Virus record (IMG/VR): IMGVR_UViG_3300022745_000017
Coordinates: 1 to 64,000 of that record
Reading direction: 5' to 3' (one strand)
Length of the DNA: 64,000 nt
Part shown: in pieces, positions 48,667 to 57,524 of the stretch
Layout: every line of letters starts with the position of its first letter
Position numbering within the stretch: position 1 is the stretch's first letter
Translations under genes and position numbers: made by a program
Notes under the pieces: model-generated
What the model was told of the DNA's origin: nothing
The model's input: only the letters and a program-made list of their open reading frames with translations
Database searches by the model: none

Positions 48667-49523
48667 GTCTATCTATCTTAGCTTCTAGAGCCACTTCGGC
48701 TTTTCCCATCTCGATTGGTACGAGCTTAGCACTGGAGTCTTGCTATAAAGGCACACAACCACCGTTTGATCCTAACCGAGTCATCCCGCAAGTCATCGAT
48801 GTCTCCAAGTACGGCTCTGTCTGGATCAACCTACTGACAGTTGTGAGAAACATCTACAGTAGTGTGCCTTCGGCTGATGCGAAAGCTTTGCACGTCAGAG
48901 ACATCGTTGATGTGATGGCAAATGAGTGTGACTTGATCAAAGAGATCTTCACCAAGAATACGCCAGGCATCAAAGTCGTTTTCTATCAATGCGATTACGA
49001 CGGGATCAAAAGCAACTATCCTCGGGCCATCCCAAAAGAGAGTCAGACCACCAACCAAGTGATGTTTGACAAACTGTGCGTATCGGTACTAAAGACATAT
49101 CTGAGGACAATCGCCGAAGACGATGTCAAGACTTTCGCTTTGTTTCTCAGTCCCGATCTGTTTGAGAAGGCAATCATCATCACTCATATGACGCACGATC
49201 TGCTCAGTCATGAAAAGTTCCACACACTAGACCTACTGGAGTCTCACACCGGGGCGCTTAAGTCCAAAGCGCGCTGGTATACGAAGTTTGCAAAGTCTGT
49301 TGTCAGCGACGGGATTGAGCGTATTGCGTTTAACCGAGTGACTTGGCAATTCTTCGGGGATGGACAGCTAGTGAGTCCTTATCCTAACAAGGCTAGAAAG
49401 ATGCTTCTAGACTTTGCCAAAGAAAAAGATTGGACAGCTCTAACCACTCTGGAGCGCATGCGCTACACACTGTCTGATTTCCCCGACCGCTTCCTAGGAG
49501 AGACGCTCAAACTCATGTTTTAA
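48663..49523 (+). CDS. conserved chimallivirus protein (phiKZ gp66-like)
   Basis: ATGA coupling; FPISIGTSLALE, LLESHTG, WYTK, FGD. Confidence 0.65.
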   Translation: MSLSILASRATSAFPISIGTSLALESCYKGTQPPFDPNRVIPQVIDVSKYGSVWINLLTVVRNIYSSVPSADAKALHVRDIVDVMANECDLIKEIFTKNTPGIKVVFYQCDYDGIKSNYPRAIPKESQTTNQVMFDKLCVSVLKTYLRTIAEDDVKTFALFLSPDLFEKAIIITHMTHDLLSHEKFHTLDLLESHTGALKSKARWYTKFAKSVVSDGIERIAFNRVTWQFFGDGQLVSPYPNKARKMLLDFAKEKDWTALTTLERMRYTLSDFPDRFLGETLKLMF

Positions 49524-49597
49524 ACTCAACACACGCTACATCTATTGAGTCAGAGGTGATGCCACTTACCTTTGACTTTTATTTTTAGGAAAACATC

Positions 49598-50290
49598 ATG
49601 GCATATGAGAAAACCAGCAGCATTTTGAATGGCCGCCCGCAAACTTTCAGCTCCAAATCAGCCGATGGTCATTGGGCTACCATTCGCTTCCTCGTCAATC
49701 GCAACATGGTGCAGCTCGAAGCAGCCACCAACAACCCTGCTGATCGCAACAAGCAGCGCAACTTCGGCAAGATCACTTGCAACATCAGCTTCGTCGACTT
49801 CATGTTTATCTTGGATCAGTTCGACAAGATGATCAAGTCGGAAAAAGAAGCTTCAGTGGCCATGCAGCTGAGCGACACGGTCTGGAAAGATGGTCAGCGC
49901 ACCAAAGATCCTGAACCCGTGTGCCGCCTGACGATTGGCAAGAACGAAAAGCTCATCGTCTACATCGAAGTCGAAGACCTGACCAATGTCGGCCTGGGCA
50001 CGCTGCGGTACTACCCTGGCACACCCGATCGCCGCACGTTTGCCGTACTGTCTCCCACAGGGGAAGTGGTGCCGCCAGCCAAGGTGATCAACGCCTACGC
50101 TCGCTCTTGGTACACAGCTTGGTCGACTCTGGTTCCTGCGGTGATGGTCCAAGAGTGGCAACCTCCTTCGCCTCCGGGCTCCAATGGCGGTGGCGGTGGC
50201 GGTGGTGGAAACTCAGGTGGGGCTCCCAAGCGTGCGCCGGCCAATGTATCCGATGGTGACCTCGGACTCGATGACGACATTCCGTTCTAA
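49598..50290 (+). CDS. single-stranded nucleic-acid-binding protein, ChmC/Imp6 (phiKZ gp67)-like
   Basis: AGGA RBS; immediately upstream of the sigma-like subunit; Gly/Pro linker and acidic DDDIPF C-terminus. Confidence 0.7.
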   Translation: MAYEKTSSILNGRPQTFSSKSADGHWATIRFLVNRNMVQLEAATNNPADRNKQRNFGKITCNISFVDFMFILDQFDKMIKSEKEASVAMQLSDTVWKDGQRTKDPEPVCRLTIGKNEKLIVYIEVEDLTNVGLGTLRYYPGTPDRRTFAVLSPTGEVVPPAKVINAYARSWYTAWSTLVPAVMVQEWQPPSPPGSNGGGGGGGGNSGGAPKRAPANVSDGDLGLDDDIPF

Positions 50291-50312
50291 AGCGGCATTG
50301 ACGTAAAACGCC

Positions 50313-50341
50313 ACAGCGGCTACGGCCGCTGTTTGTTATTT
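50313..50341 (+). terminator. intrinsic terminator with cUACGg tetraloop
   Basis: acagcggc-tacg-gccgctgt followed by ttgttattt. Confidence 0.7.
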
Positions 50342-50428
50342 ACACAACAGTACAATATAGTGTCTAACTAACTCTCTACCAAAATGACAAAATTCAACCC
50401 ATCCAAATACGTGTATACGGATAAATCG

Positions 50429-50470
50429 TTACAAACACATTGAACCATAACAGGTTCAATGTGTTTGTAA
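50429..50470. repeat. 18-bp perfect inverted repeat
   Basis: ttacaaacacattgaacc-ataaca-ggttcaatgtgtttgtaa. Confidence 0.85.
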
Positions 50471-50490
50471 GAGTGTATTTTACTCAAAGC

Positions 50491-50518
50491 AAAAACACTC
50501 ACATATCATCCCTTTGAC
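50491..50518 (+). promoter_or_regulatory. putative phage promoter
   Basis: AAAAACACTCACATATCATCCCTTTGAC, matching the chimallin promoter motif. Confidence 0.6.
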
Positions 50519-50536
50519 AGACAACTGAGAGAACAA

Positions 50537-52135
50537 ATGCAAATCAATCTACCGAAAGATCCTATTGCCAGCAAAGGCATGACCGCGCACCTGATGCATA
50601 AGGGGTTGGTATTGGAGTGGGATGTTTCCCAGTTTCCATTCCGTGCATTCAAGGCTGATGTGCTCTCCAGACATATCAACGCCTATTGGGCGAGCTTACC
50701 CAGCGCAAGGCAAGATCAGATCTTTGAGGTTTACAGAACCATTCGCAAGATCTTCGACCGAGCCAGCGACGTTTTTAGTGTCCAAGAGTTCAGTGTCAAT
50801 GCGCTGATTTGTGAACTCAAGGACCCCTGCTGTCAGTTGATCAACTTGCACCCATTTGACGACATCTGGAAATGGGCAAGTGTGCGCCAAGACATTGTCG
50901 TGCCTGCGAGCATGAAAAATAGCTTCAATCCTGATAGTGATTGGATGCAGACAGCTGCCAAGACTTATACTGCGATGGACTACACGCAGTTGACAGCGAT
51001 GGTCGTTATGCTTCGGTCACTGATTCCGGTGTGGGGTGAGTTTTTGTTTCGAACCAACAGCGAGATCAGCAACTCCTGGAAAAGCTACTACGCTTTGCAG
51101 TTGGTGGACTCAGCCGAGATCATGACGTGTATTCCGATGGAGAAGTTGACGCAATACGTTTTGCACAACATGCCCAAGGACAAGACCAATGCGGCTGCAA
51201 CACTGGAAGGCGCTAGCACTGAGGAGTATCCGACGATGCTGCTAGCGACACTGCTCATCGGTAAAGTCGCCGTAGGTGACATTAGCAAGGTCGTCGATGA
51301 GACTAACCTCGTGACCATCATCTTCAATGCGCTGGGTACAAAAAGCGGTGTGAACAATGGTGCGTTGTTTCGTAACAACGACATTCGCATGAAGGACTTC
51401 CCAGAAGACGGCGACGGTGCGCTGGCTGTTTCACGTATTGAGTCGATGCGTGCTCAGATGGAGATCCCTTCGAGTGCCATTGTCACGGCCAATTATTACG
51501 CAAGCAAGCCATTCGATGTCCTGGAAAAGATTGACAAGAGTTGTCCACCCCAACTACTTGAGACGTTTAGCCAGAACAATCTACGGCTTATCGGGGCATC
51601 ACACCGCATCAAAGATGTGCAAGTCTTGTTGACGAGCTATGTCGTGCACAAAGCCATGTCAGCGAGGTATTTGCCCTACATTGACAAGAGCAATGTCATC
51701 AATTGCATCAGTGTAGCTCAAGCCGTTTTGTGGCATTGGGGATTCAAACAACTGGCTGGCTTGCTTAGCGCTAGTGTCCCTAATGATGCAGGCATGATGG
51801 CTGCCACCGGGACGTGCTTTAACATCCCTAGCGAGCTGATGGCCAAGCTCCAAGACATCTATCCTTACGGGCAACCTGCGCCTACCCGTAAGAAATACGA
51901 AGCAAACGAAGATGCTTCCCAACGTGCCACAAGGAGAGTCCCACCCGTCTCAAGAGACATCGCTCACATCACCGAGCAGCTCACTCAATACGAGTGGCTG
52001 ATCAACCTCCCCAAAAACATGCTGGAAGAAGTCACAGGTCGCGCTGAACAGCGCAGACTACCTTGCCCCAGCGATATCCGCGTACAGCTAGCCCAACTAG
52101 CTATTCGCATCCACTCAGCCTCTATGGAGAAATAA
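50537..52135 (+). CDS. non-virion RNAP promoter-specificity (sigma-like) subunit (phiKZ gp68-like)
   Basis: 532 aa; INAYWASLPSARQDQIFEVY, KTYTAMDYTQL, LIPVWGEF, AQAVLWHWGF; synteny. Confidence 0.72.
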   Translation: MQINLPKDPIASKGMTAHLMHKGLVLEWDVSQFPFRAFKADVLSRHINAYWASLPSARQDQIFEVYRTIRKIFDRASDVFSVQEFSVNALICELKDPCCQLINLHPFDDIWKWASVRQDIVVPASMKNSFNPDSDWMQTAAKTYTAMDYTQLTAMVVMLRSLIPVWGEFLFRTNSEISNSWKSYYALQLVDSAEIMTCIPMEKLTQYVLHNMPKDKTNAAATLEGASTEEYPTMLLATLLIGKVAVGDISKVVDETNLVTIIFNALGTKSGVNNGALFRNNDIRMKDFPEDGDGALAVSRIESMRAQMEIPSSAIVTANYYASKPFDVLEKIDKSCPPQLLETFSQNNLRLIGASHRIKDVQVLLTSYVVHKAMSARYLPYIDKSNVINCISVAQAVLWHWGFKQLAGLLSASVPNDAGMMAATGTCFNIPSELMAKLQDIYPYGQPAPTRKKYEANEDASQRATRRVPPVSRDIAHITEQLTQYEWLINLPKNMLEEVTGRAEQRRLPCPSDIRVQLAQLAIRIHSASMEK

Positions 52136-53614
52136 ATGTCCTATGGTATTCGCAGCGTTACTGCTGTCTCAATCAGTTTTCAGGAAATCGGCGGATACGA
52201 TCCGGTTTACTTGCGCCCATGGGAGATGGCCTACAGCGAACGCGAGAAAGGTGCGTTTGTCGATGCCCTGGGCGGCGCGAGCCAGGTCACCGTCGGTGCA
52301 ATGGCTCGCGTCGCACACCACCTTATCAAGCCTTCGGTGCGCCCCTATGGTGCGGCTGAGATTGCCAACGGCTGGGAAACCCAGCGCTTTCGCTTTTGCG
52401 GTACGTTCGAAATGGAACGGCTGGATGGGGACATCTTCTACTGTGAAGTCCAGGGCTATACTGACTACCTTGGGATCACAGACATGGGAGACCAGATCGA
52501 TCCCAAGATGGTTTTGCACATCAATAGCCTGACCAACCTCTATAAGTCGGTGCGGCGAACTCCCACCGGCTCACAAGCACATGCTCGTGTGCTCAACTCG
52601 TGTCAGGCAGTCAACACAGTTGGTGAAGAAGACACCTATGCGTTGCGACCCGAGGACATCGCACGAAAAGTGCAGTTGCTGGAAATTGGAGATTCGCCCG
52701 ACGAGCGCAGCAATGGGCAAATCTCCATGGCGATGGACTTGACATCGAAGATCACCGCTGAGGGCGCTCTGAGCAACCGCTCAAACCAAGTGGCTTCCAG
52801 CATGCTGGTCAGGACACTCAATCCGTTCTTTGCTCAAACGCTCAACCCCGAGGGCCCGAGTGAGACGTATAACCTGATCGAGGAAGCGCTGCCCGAGATG
52901 CGCTCCACGAGCGTGACATCTGACCAATTCATCAGCTACATCAATGGAGATGATCGATTCAATTACAACAGGCGCTGTAATGAGATCACATGGGGTGATT
53001 TGTGCTACAAGATCCCCAACGCATTACGCGTGACGACCGTCTTGCACTTGGACTCGCGCCAGCGCATGGGTTTGGATCGCCCTGGCATGTACCAGGGCTG
53101 GAACAACACCCTGCCAGAAACCATTTTTGCAGATCAAGTCCTCAAAAGCTTGCCGGCATTGATGGGTGAGTACTACCTGAACACGGTGGCATTCACAGTG
53201 TCTAACTATGACACTGGCAACGGCCAAGCTTACTTTGCTTGGTCACAAGCGCCGACCTTGTCGGTGCCGGGTCTCGATGAGTTGCGCTTGGCTACGGGGT
53301 TCGAAAACCGCATCCTGATGGAGCTCTATGCCATCAGCCGGTCTAATCTGATCGGCTATCACCTGGAAGTGTTCTGTAGCGCCGACGGCATGTTCCGCTG
53401 CAAGTTGGGCATCGAAGGCGCATCGCCCTTGACCTACGCTGCGCCAGTGCTGGCAGACTCCCTGTTCCCGCCGGTCTTGACGACCAATCCGAATCACCTG
53501 CAAAACCTGGCCGCAGGTTTCAATGACTTGTACACGGTCGTGCAGGACTATGTGGCCAGCCACAACACCCGAGCACCTGTGCGTGAAGCAGCGCGCTTGC
53601 TTGGAAATCTGTAA
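52136..53614 (+). CDS. nuclear protein-import factor PicA/Imp1 (phiKZ gp69)-like
   Basis: 492 aa; IANGWETQRFRF, GYTDYLG, LRPEDI, ADSLFPPV; directly after the gp68-like gene. Confidence 0.7.
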   Translation: MSYGIRSVTAVSISFQEIGGYDPVYLRPWEMAYSEREKGAFVDALGGASQVTVGAMARVAHHLIKPSVRPYGAAEIANGWETQRFRFCGTFEMERLDGDIFYCEVQGYTDYLGITDMGDQIDPKMVLHINSLTNLYKSVRRTPTGSQAHARVLNSCQAVNTVGEEDTYALRPEDIARKVQLLEIGDSPDERSNGQISMAMDLTSKITAEGALSNRSNQVASSMLVRTLNPFFAQTLNPEGPSETYNLIEEALPEMRSTSVTSDQFISYINGDDRFNYNRRCNEITWGDLCYKIPNALRVTTVLHLDSRQRMGLDRPGMYQGWNNTLPETIFADQVLKSLPALMGEYYLNTVAFTVSNYDTGNGQAYFAWSQAPTLSVPGLDELRLATGFENRILMELYAISRSNLIGYHLEVFCSADGMFRCKLGIEGASPLTYAAPVLADSLFPPVLTTNPNHLQNLAAGFNDLYTVVQDYVASHNTRAPVREAARLLGNL

Positions 53615-53623
53615 GGAAAAAAG

Positions 53624-54886
53624 ATGGAAGACATCTATGCCCAGGTCGTAAAGGCCTACACACCCATTCTGGCCAATGCAGGATTAATCGCATCTGCCGA
53701 TGGCTACATCAGCATCGTCGGCAGCGACAAGCCTTTGCCCTTCATCACGGAAGGCAAGCGCTGGGTATTGCCAGTTCGTGAACGCCTGGCTGACCCATCA
53801 GTGTTGGCTAACAACCACGTCTTTCACCCACTCAGTGAAAGCAGTCTGATGGAGTCCGAGTCACCAGTGCTGTCGCGTTTGCGCATTGCACAACTGGCCC
53901 GACTGAACTTCCAGCTGTGTGCACTGTTTGGCTCCCTGGTGGCTCTCATCACCAGTACTGCCTTGCACGCCACACTGGTGGGCGATCAGCGACAACTCAT
54001 CAACGCCACACCTGAAGCAACGGAAAAGACCATGGAAGTGGTCAACAAGTTGCTGGAGGTGATGAAAGGCCAGGTGCGGGAGAACTGCTTTGTCAGTATC
54101 TTCTTGAAGCGCCATGCGATCGTGCGTGGCAAGACGTACACGCGTGGCGCGATCGTGCGCTGGCCGCTGTACGAGGCCATCAAAGCAGCAGGCAAGAAAG
54201 ACAAGATCTTTGGCGTCGATGTCAAGGAAAAAGATCGCTCGACGATCTTGGCGGTGTTGGAGTACATGATCCCTGGCATCGGTGAATCGGAGCAATCCAT
54301 TTACAACCAAGGCTCACTCCATCCCGATGCGCCTTTTCTGGATGCGCTGCTGCGCTGTGTTGGCAAGATCGCTGGGTGTGTCACGACGATCGTATCGTTG
54401 TTCGGTGATCACGTCCCTGACCACAAGCTGTTTGCCTACAGTGATGAGTGGCGTGAGGTCATGGACAACCCCGACAACTACGCCAAGTTGACACGGATCA
54501 TTGCGACACCAGCGGAAGACTCTCCCGCCAGATCGATGTCCATGGCAGCCCCAGCTCCAACCACCCAGCAAACTGCGGGCAAGAAGTCCAAGACTATCGC
54601 CGAGCTGATGGCAGAAGCCCCACCTGCTTACGTTGATCCTCGCTACGAGCGCCGTGGTTACGCCCCGCGCCAGTATGAGGATGATCGCTACGACTCGCGT
54701 GTCAGTGCTTTGCCTCGGGCGCGTGATGACCGGGGTTATGATGATCGTCGTTACGACCCACCCCCACCACGTCGTGAAGAGCCACGCGATTGGAGCGGTA
54801 TCCGCCGAGTGGAGCCAGATCCCTACGAGCGTCGCGGTTACGATGACGATCGGCGTGGCTACCGACCAGGGCTTGATCGCCTGTAA
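53624..54886 (+). CDS. phiKZ gp70 / Nlp-like nucleus-associated protein with R/D/Y-rich tail
   Basis: AAGGA RBS; KRWVLP, VFHPLSES, SIFLKR; low-complexity C-terminus; synteny. Confidence 0.6.
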   Translation: MEDIYAQVVKAYTPILANAGLIASADGYISIVGSDKPLPFITEGKRWVLPVRERLADPSVLANNHVFHPLSESSLMESESPVLSRLRIAQLARLNFQLCALFGSLVALITSTALHATLVGDQRQLINATPEATEKTMEVVNKLLEVMKGQVRENCFVSIFLKRHAIVRGKTYTRGAIVRWPLYEAIKAAGKKDKIFGVDVKEKDRSTILAVLEYMIPGIGESEQSIYNQGSLHPDAPFLDALLRCVGKIAGCVTTIVSLFGDHVPDHKLFAYSDEWREVMDNPDNYAKLTRIIATPAEDSPARSMSMAAPAPTTQQTAGKKSKTIAELMAEAPPAYVDPRYERRGYAPRQYEDDRYDSRVSALPRARDDRGYDDRRYDPPPPRREEPRDWSGIRRVEPDPYERRGYDDDRRGYRPGLDRL

Positions 54887-54905
54887 GTCGGCATAAGTGC
54901 CATGC

Positions 54906-54943
54906 GAAAAAGAGGGGCCTTTGACAGCTCCTCTTTTTCTTTT
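54906..54943. terminator. bidirectional terminator between convergent genes
   Basis: gaaaaagaggggc-ctttgaca-gctcctctttttc with A and T runs on both sides. Confidence 0.75.
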
Positions 54944-54946
54944 GGA

Positions 54947-55288
54947 TTATAGCTTGATAACTCCGGTGTTTTTAAACGCTGCTCTGAGTTGCTCTAATGC
55001 GACAGTCGTAGGTAGCTTGATGGTCGTGATGTGAGAGAAGTCTTGCTGCGGGTGAGACAGGCCTGCGAGCTGCATGACTGTCCAATGTAGCTGAGGCTTG
55101 ATTTTCATCTTAAATAGTAGCGAGTAAAAGTTGCGCTCGTAGTCGAGTTTATCTTTTTCCTCCAGAGGGACATCAGCTGTCTCCCTGTGATTGATTAAGA
55201 AAGGCTTGCTGGATTGGATCACTGCCCGAAACTCTCGGGACTGATACACAGCAGCCACTTTTGCTTGATCGAAGTCGAGGATTTTCAT
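54947..55288 (-). CDS. small conserved protein (113 aa) inverted inside the nvRNAP block
   Basis: Fills the gap between the terminator and the beta gene; YERNFYSLL...LHWTVM. Confidence 0.6.
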   Translation of the reverse strand: MKILDFDQAKVAAVYQSREFRAVIQSSKPFLINHRETADVPLEEKDKLDYERNFYSLLFKMKIKPQLHWTVMQLAGLSHPQQDFSHITTIKLPTTVALEQLRAAFKNTGVIKL

Positions 55289-55388
55289 AAGTTTGCTTTC
55301 TCAAGAGGGTTATAAATACCAAAGCAGCGTCAGTCATATATCATCAACATGGGCCTCGCTGATGGCTCTATCTTTTACGGAAAAACAC

Positions 55389-57524
55389 ATGTTAGATCCC
55401 AAGTACGCTAAACTTTTTCCACAACCCAAGCCAGCTACTCCTTATGACCTGAGCTTGATTTACCCCAATCAGCTCAACAATGCTTGGATGGGCGTGTGTG
55501 GCCTACAGCCTTTTGTAGGTAATGTGTCCTCATCACGGCTCCAAATGGAGTCCCAGCACATTGGGCAGTGTTTACCCATTGAAGGCGCTGATGAGCGCAT
55601 GATTCAGACCACACTAGATAAAGAGTATGCAAAGTATTCTTTCAGTGTGAGCATGCCGGAGAATGGTCGCATCTTGAAGATTTTCAAGAAGTACCCTTCT
55701 TCTGGGCTTGCGGCGGACTCCATCCAGCACAACCCGCTGACAACGGTGATTTACGAGTCTGAAGAAGGTGAGATTGGATACTTTAACTTAACGGACTACC
55801 GCAGCGAGCATCAGTATTTTGGATTTCGCTACGAAGCTGGCGCTGAGTTGTCCAATCTGGCCCCTGACCGCGACTTCAAGAAAGGTGATGTGTTCTTGAA
55901 GTCCCCACTCGTGTCTAAGCGCGGTGGTTGGAAGTTCGGTGTGACAGCCAACATGGCTCTGTTTAGCCACCCAGGCACAGCTGAAGACTCGGTGTTGGTG
56001 CGTGCTGGGTTTTTGAAGAAGATGCGATTCAAGATGTTTCGCCAACGCGTCTTCGAATATGGCAAGACAGCGTTTCCGAAGAACTTGTACGGCAAGAATG
56101 GGCGCTTTAAGTTCATGCCTGACATCGGTGAGAAGGTCGCTGAGCATGGCTATTTGTGTGCACTAGGGCAGCATGACGAAGGACACTTGTCGTTCGTTGA
56201 GCAAAGCACGCAAGCCATGGCAACGATCGATGAGTTTGATGAAACTGTGTTCGTTGGCCCAGGTGGTACAGTGGTGGATGTGCAAGTCTTCCACGACATG
56301 AAGGACGACAAGAACATTCAACCGGAAATGGATGAGCAGGCGCTGAAGTACTACCTGGCTGGTAAGCGCTACTATCAGAGTATTTACGATTATTACAAGC
56401 GCTTGCGTGCAGCACGCGGAGATGGCTTGCGCATGACGGATGCGTTCCATCACCTGATCGTAGAAGCGATGTCGGTCATCACTCCGACAAAGGCCAGGCT
56501 GATTCACCGTCGCACTCCGATCGATCGGTTTCGCATCGTCGTCACTGTCGAGTATGACATCGAGCCCAACATCGGTTTTAAGATGGCTGGTCTCAGCGGC
56601 GATAAGTCGATCATGTGTAAGATCGTGGCCGATGAAGACATGCCTGTCGACGAACACGGCAATGTGGCTGACTTCATCTCATCTGAAGACTCTACCGTGG
56701 GTCGTAACAACTCGTCACGTATCTACGAGCAGTTTGTTGGATCGGTTCAGGTACAACTTCACCGCGAGATATGTCAAGCGCTAGGGATAACTCCCAAGAC
56801 AGTGTTTGCACGAGCTGTCAAGCACCTGCAACAAGTCGATCAGTCGATCATTGATGAGGTTTGGGCGACACTCATTCGCTTTTACACGATTACCCGACAA
56901 GAAACAGCGCAAGCGGCTCTGAATACACCGAATGTGCGCAACTTCTTGGCGACCATCGTAGCCTACGGAGTCAACCTGATCTGGCCTACTGATAACGAGG
57001 TCGATAACCCGTTGATGGCGCTGGAGTTGGAGCGTGAGTTCAGGCCACTGCATGCCCCCATCTCTTACCGAGTGGAAGGCAGAGCTGTCAGAACCCTGCT
57101 GCCTATTCGCATTGGCCCGATGTATATCATCTTGCTTGAAAAGATCGGCGATGACTGGTCAGCGTGTTCTAGTACGAAGACACACTACCACGGCGTCCCT
57201 GCTCAAACGAGCATGGGTGACAAGTACCGCAACCCAGCGCGCGAAACACCTGTGCGTGCAACCGGTGAAGCCGAGGTCCGATTGCTTGTGAGCTACACAG
57301 GCCCTGAATCGGCGGCTGAGCAAATTGACAGAAACTCTAACCCCCAGACCCATGCGCTCATTACCAGAGGTTTGTTTGAAGCTGAAAAAGTCGGCAACAT
57401 CGGACAATTGGTAGATCGCAACAAGCACCCATATGGCGGAGCTAAGTCGCTTCAGATGGCTCACCACTACAACCTGTGCATGGGTTGGGAATTTGCCTAT
57501 AGAAAGGCCACTGTAACATGCTAA
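55389..57524 (+). CDS. non-virion RNA polymerase beta subunit, C-terminal part (phiKZ gp71-73-like)
   Basis: NVSSSRLQM, TAEDS, GFKMAGLSGDKS, LLEK, RATGEAE; likely start 55389 after the promoter-like motif at 55333. Confidence 0.9.
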   Translation: MLDPKYAKLFPQPKPATPYDLSLIYPNQLNNAWMGVCGLQPFVGNVSSSRLQMESQHIGQCLPIEGADERMIQTTLDKEYAKYSFSVSMPENGRILKIFKKYPSSGLAADSIQHNPLTTVIYESEEGEIGYFNLTDYRSEHQYFGFRYEAGAELSNLAPDRDFKKGDVFLKSPLVSKRGGWKFGVTANMALFSHPGTAEDSVLVRAGFLKKMRFKMFRQRVFEYGKTAFPKNLYGKNGRFKFMPDIGEKVAEHGYLCALGQHDEGHLSFVEQSTQAMATIDEFDETVFVGPGGTVVDVQVFHDMKDDKNIQPEMDEQALKYYLAGKRYYQSIYDYYKRLRAARGDGLRMTDAFHHLIVEAMSVITPTKARLIHRRTPIDRFRIVVTVEYDIEPNIGFKMAGLSGDKSIMCKIVADEDMPVDEHGNVADFISSEDSTVGRNNSSRIYEQFVGSVQVQLHREICQALGITPKTVFARAVKHLQQVDQSIIDEVWATLIRFYTITRQETAQAALNTPNVRNFLATIVAYGVNLIWPTDNEVDNPLMALELEREFRPLHAPISYRVEGRAVRTLLPIRIGPMYIILLEKIGDDWSACSSTKTHYHGVPAQTSMGDKYRNPARETPVRATGEAEVRLLVSYTGPESAAEQIDRNSNPQTHALITRGLFEAEKVGNIGQLVDRNKHPYGGAKSLQMAHHYNLCMGWEFAYRKATVTC

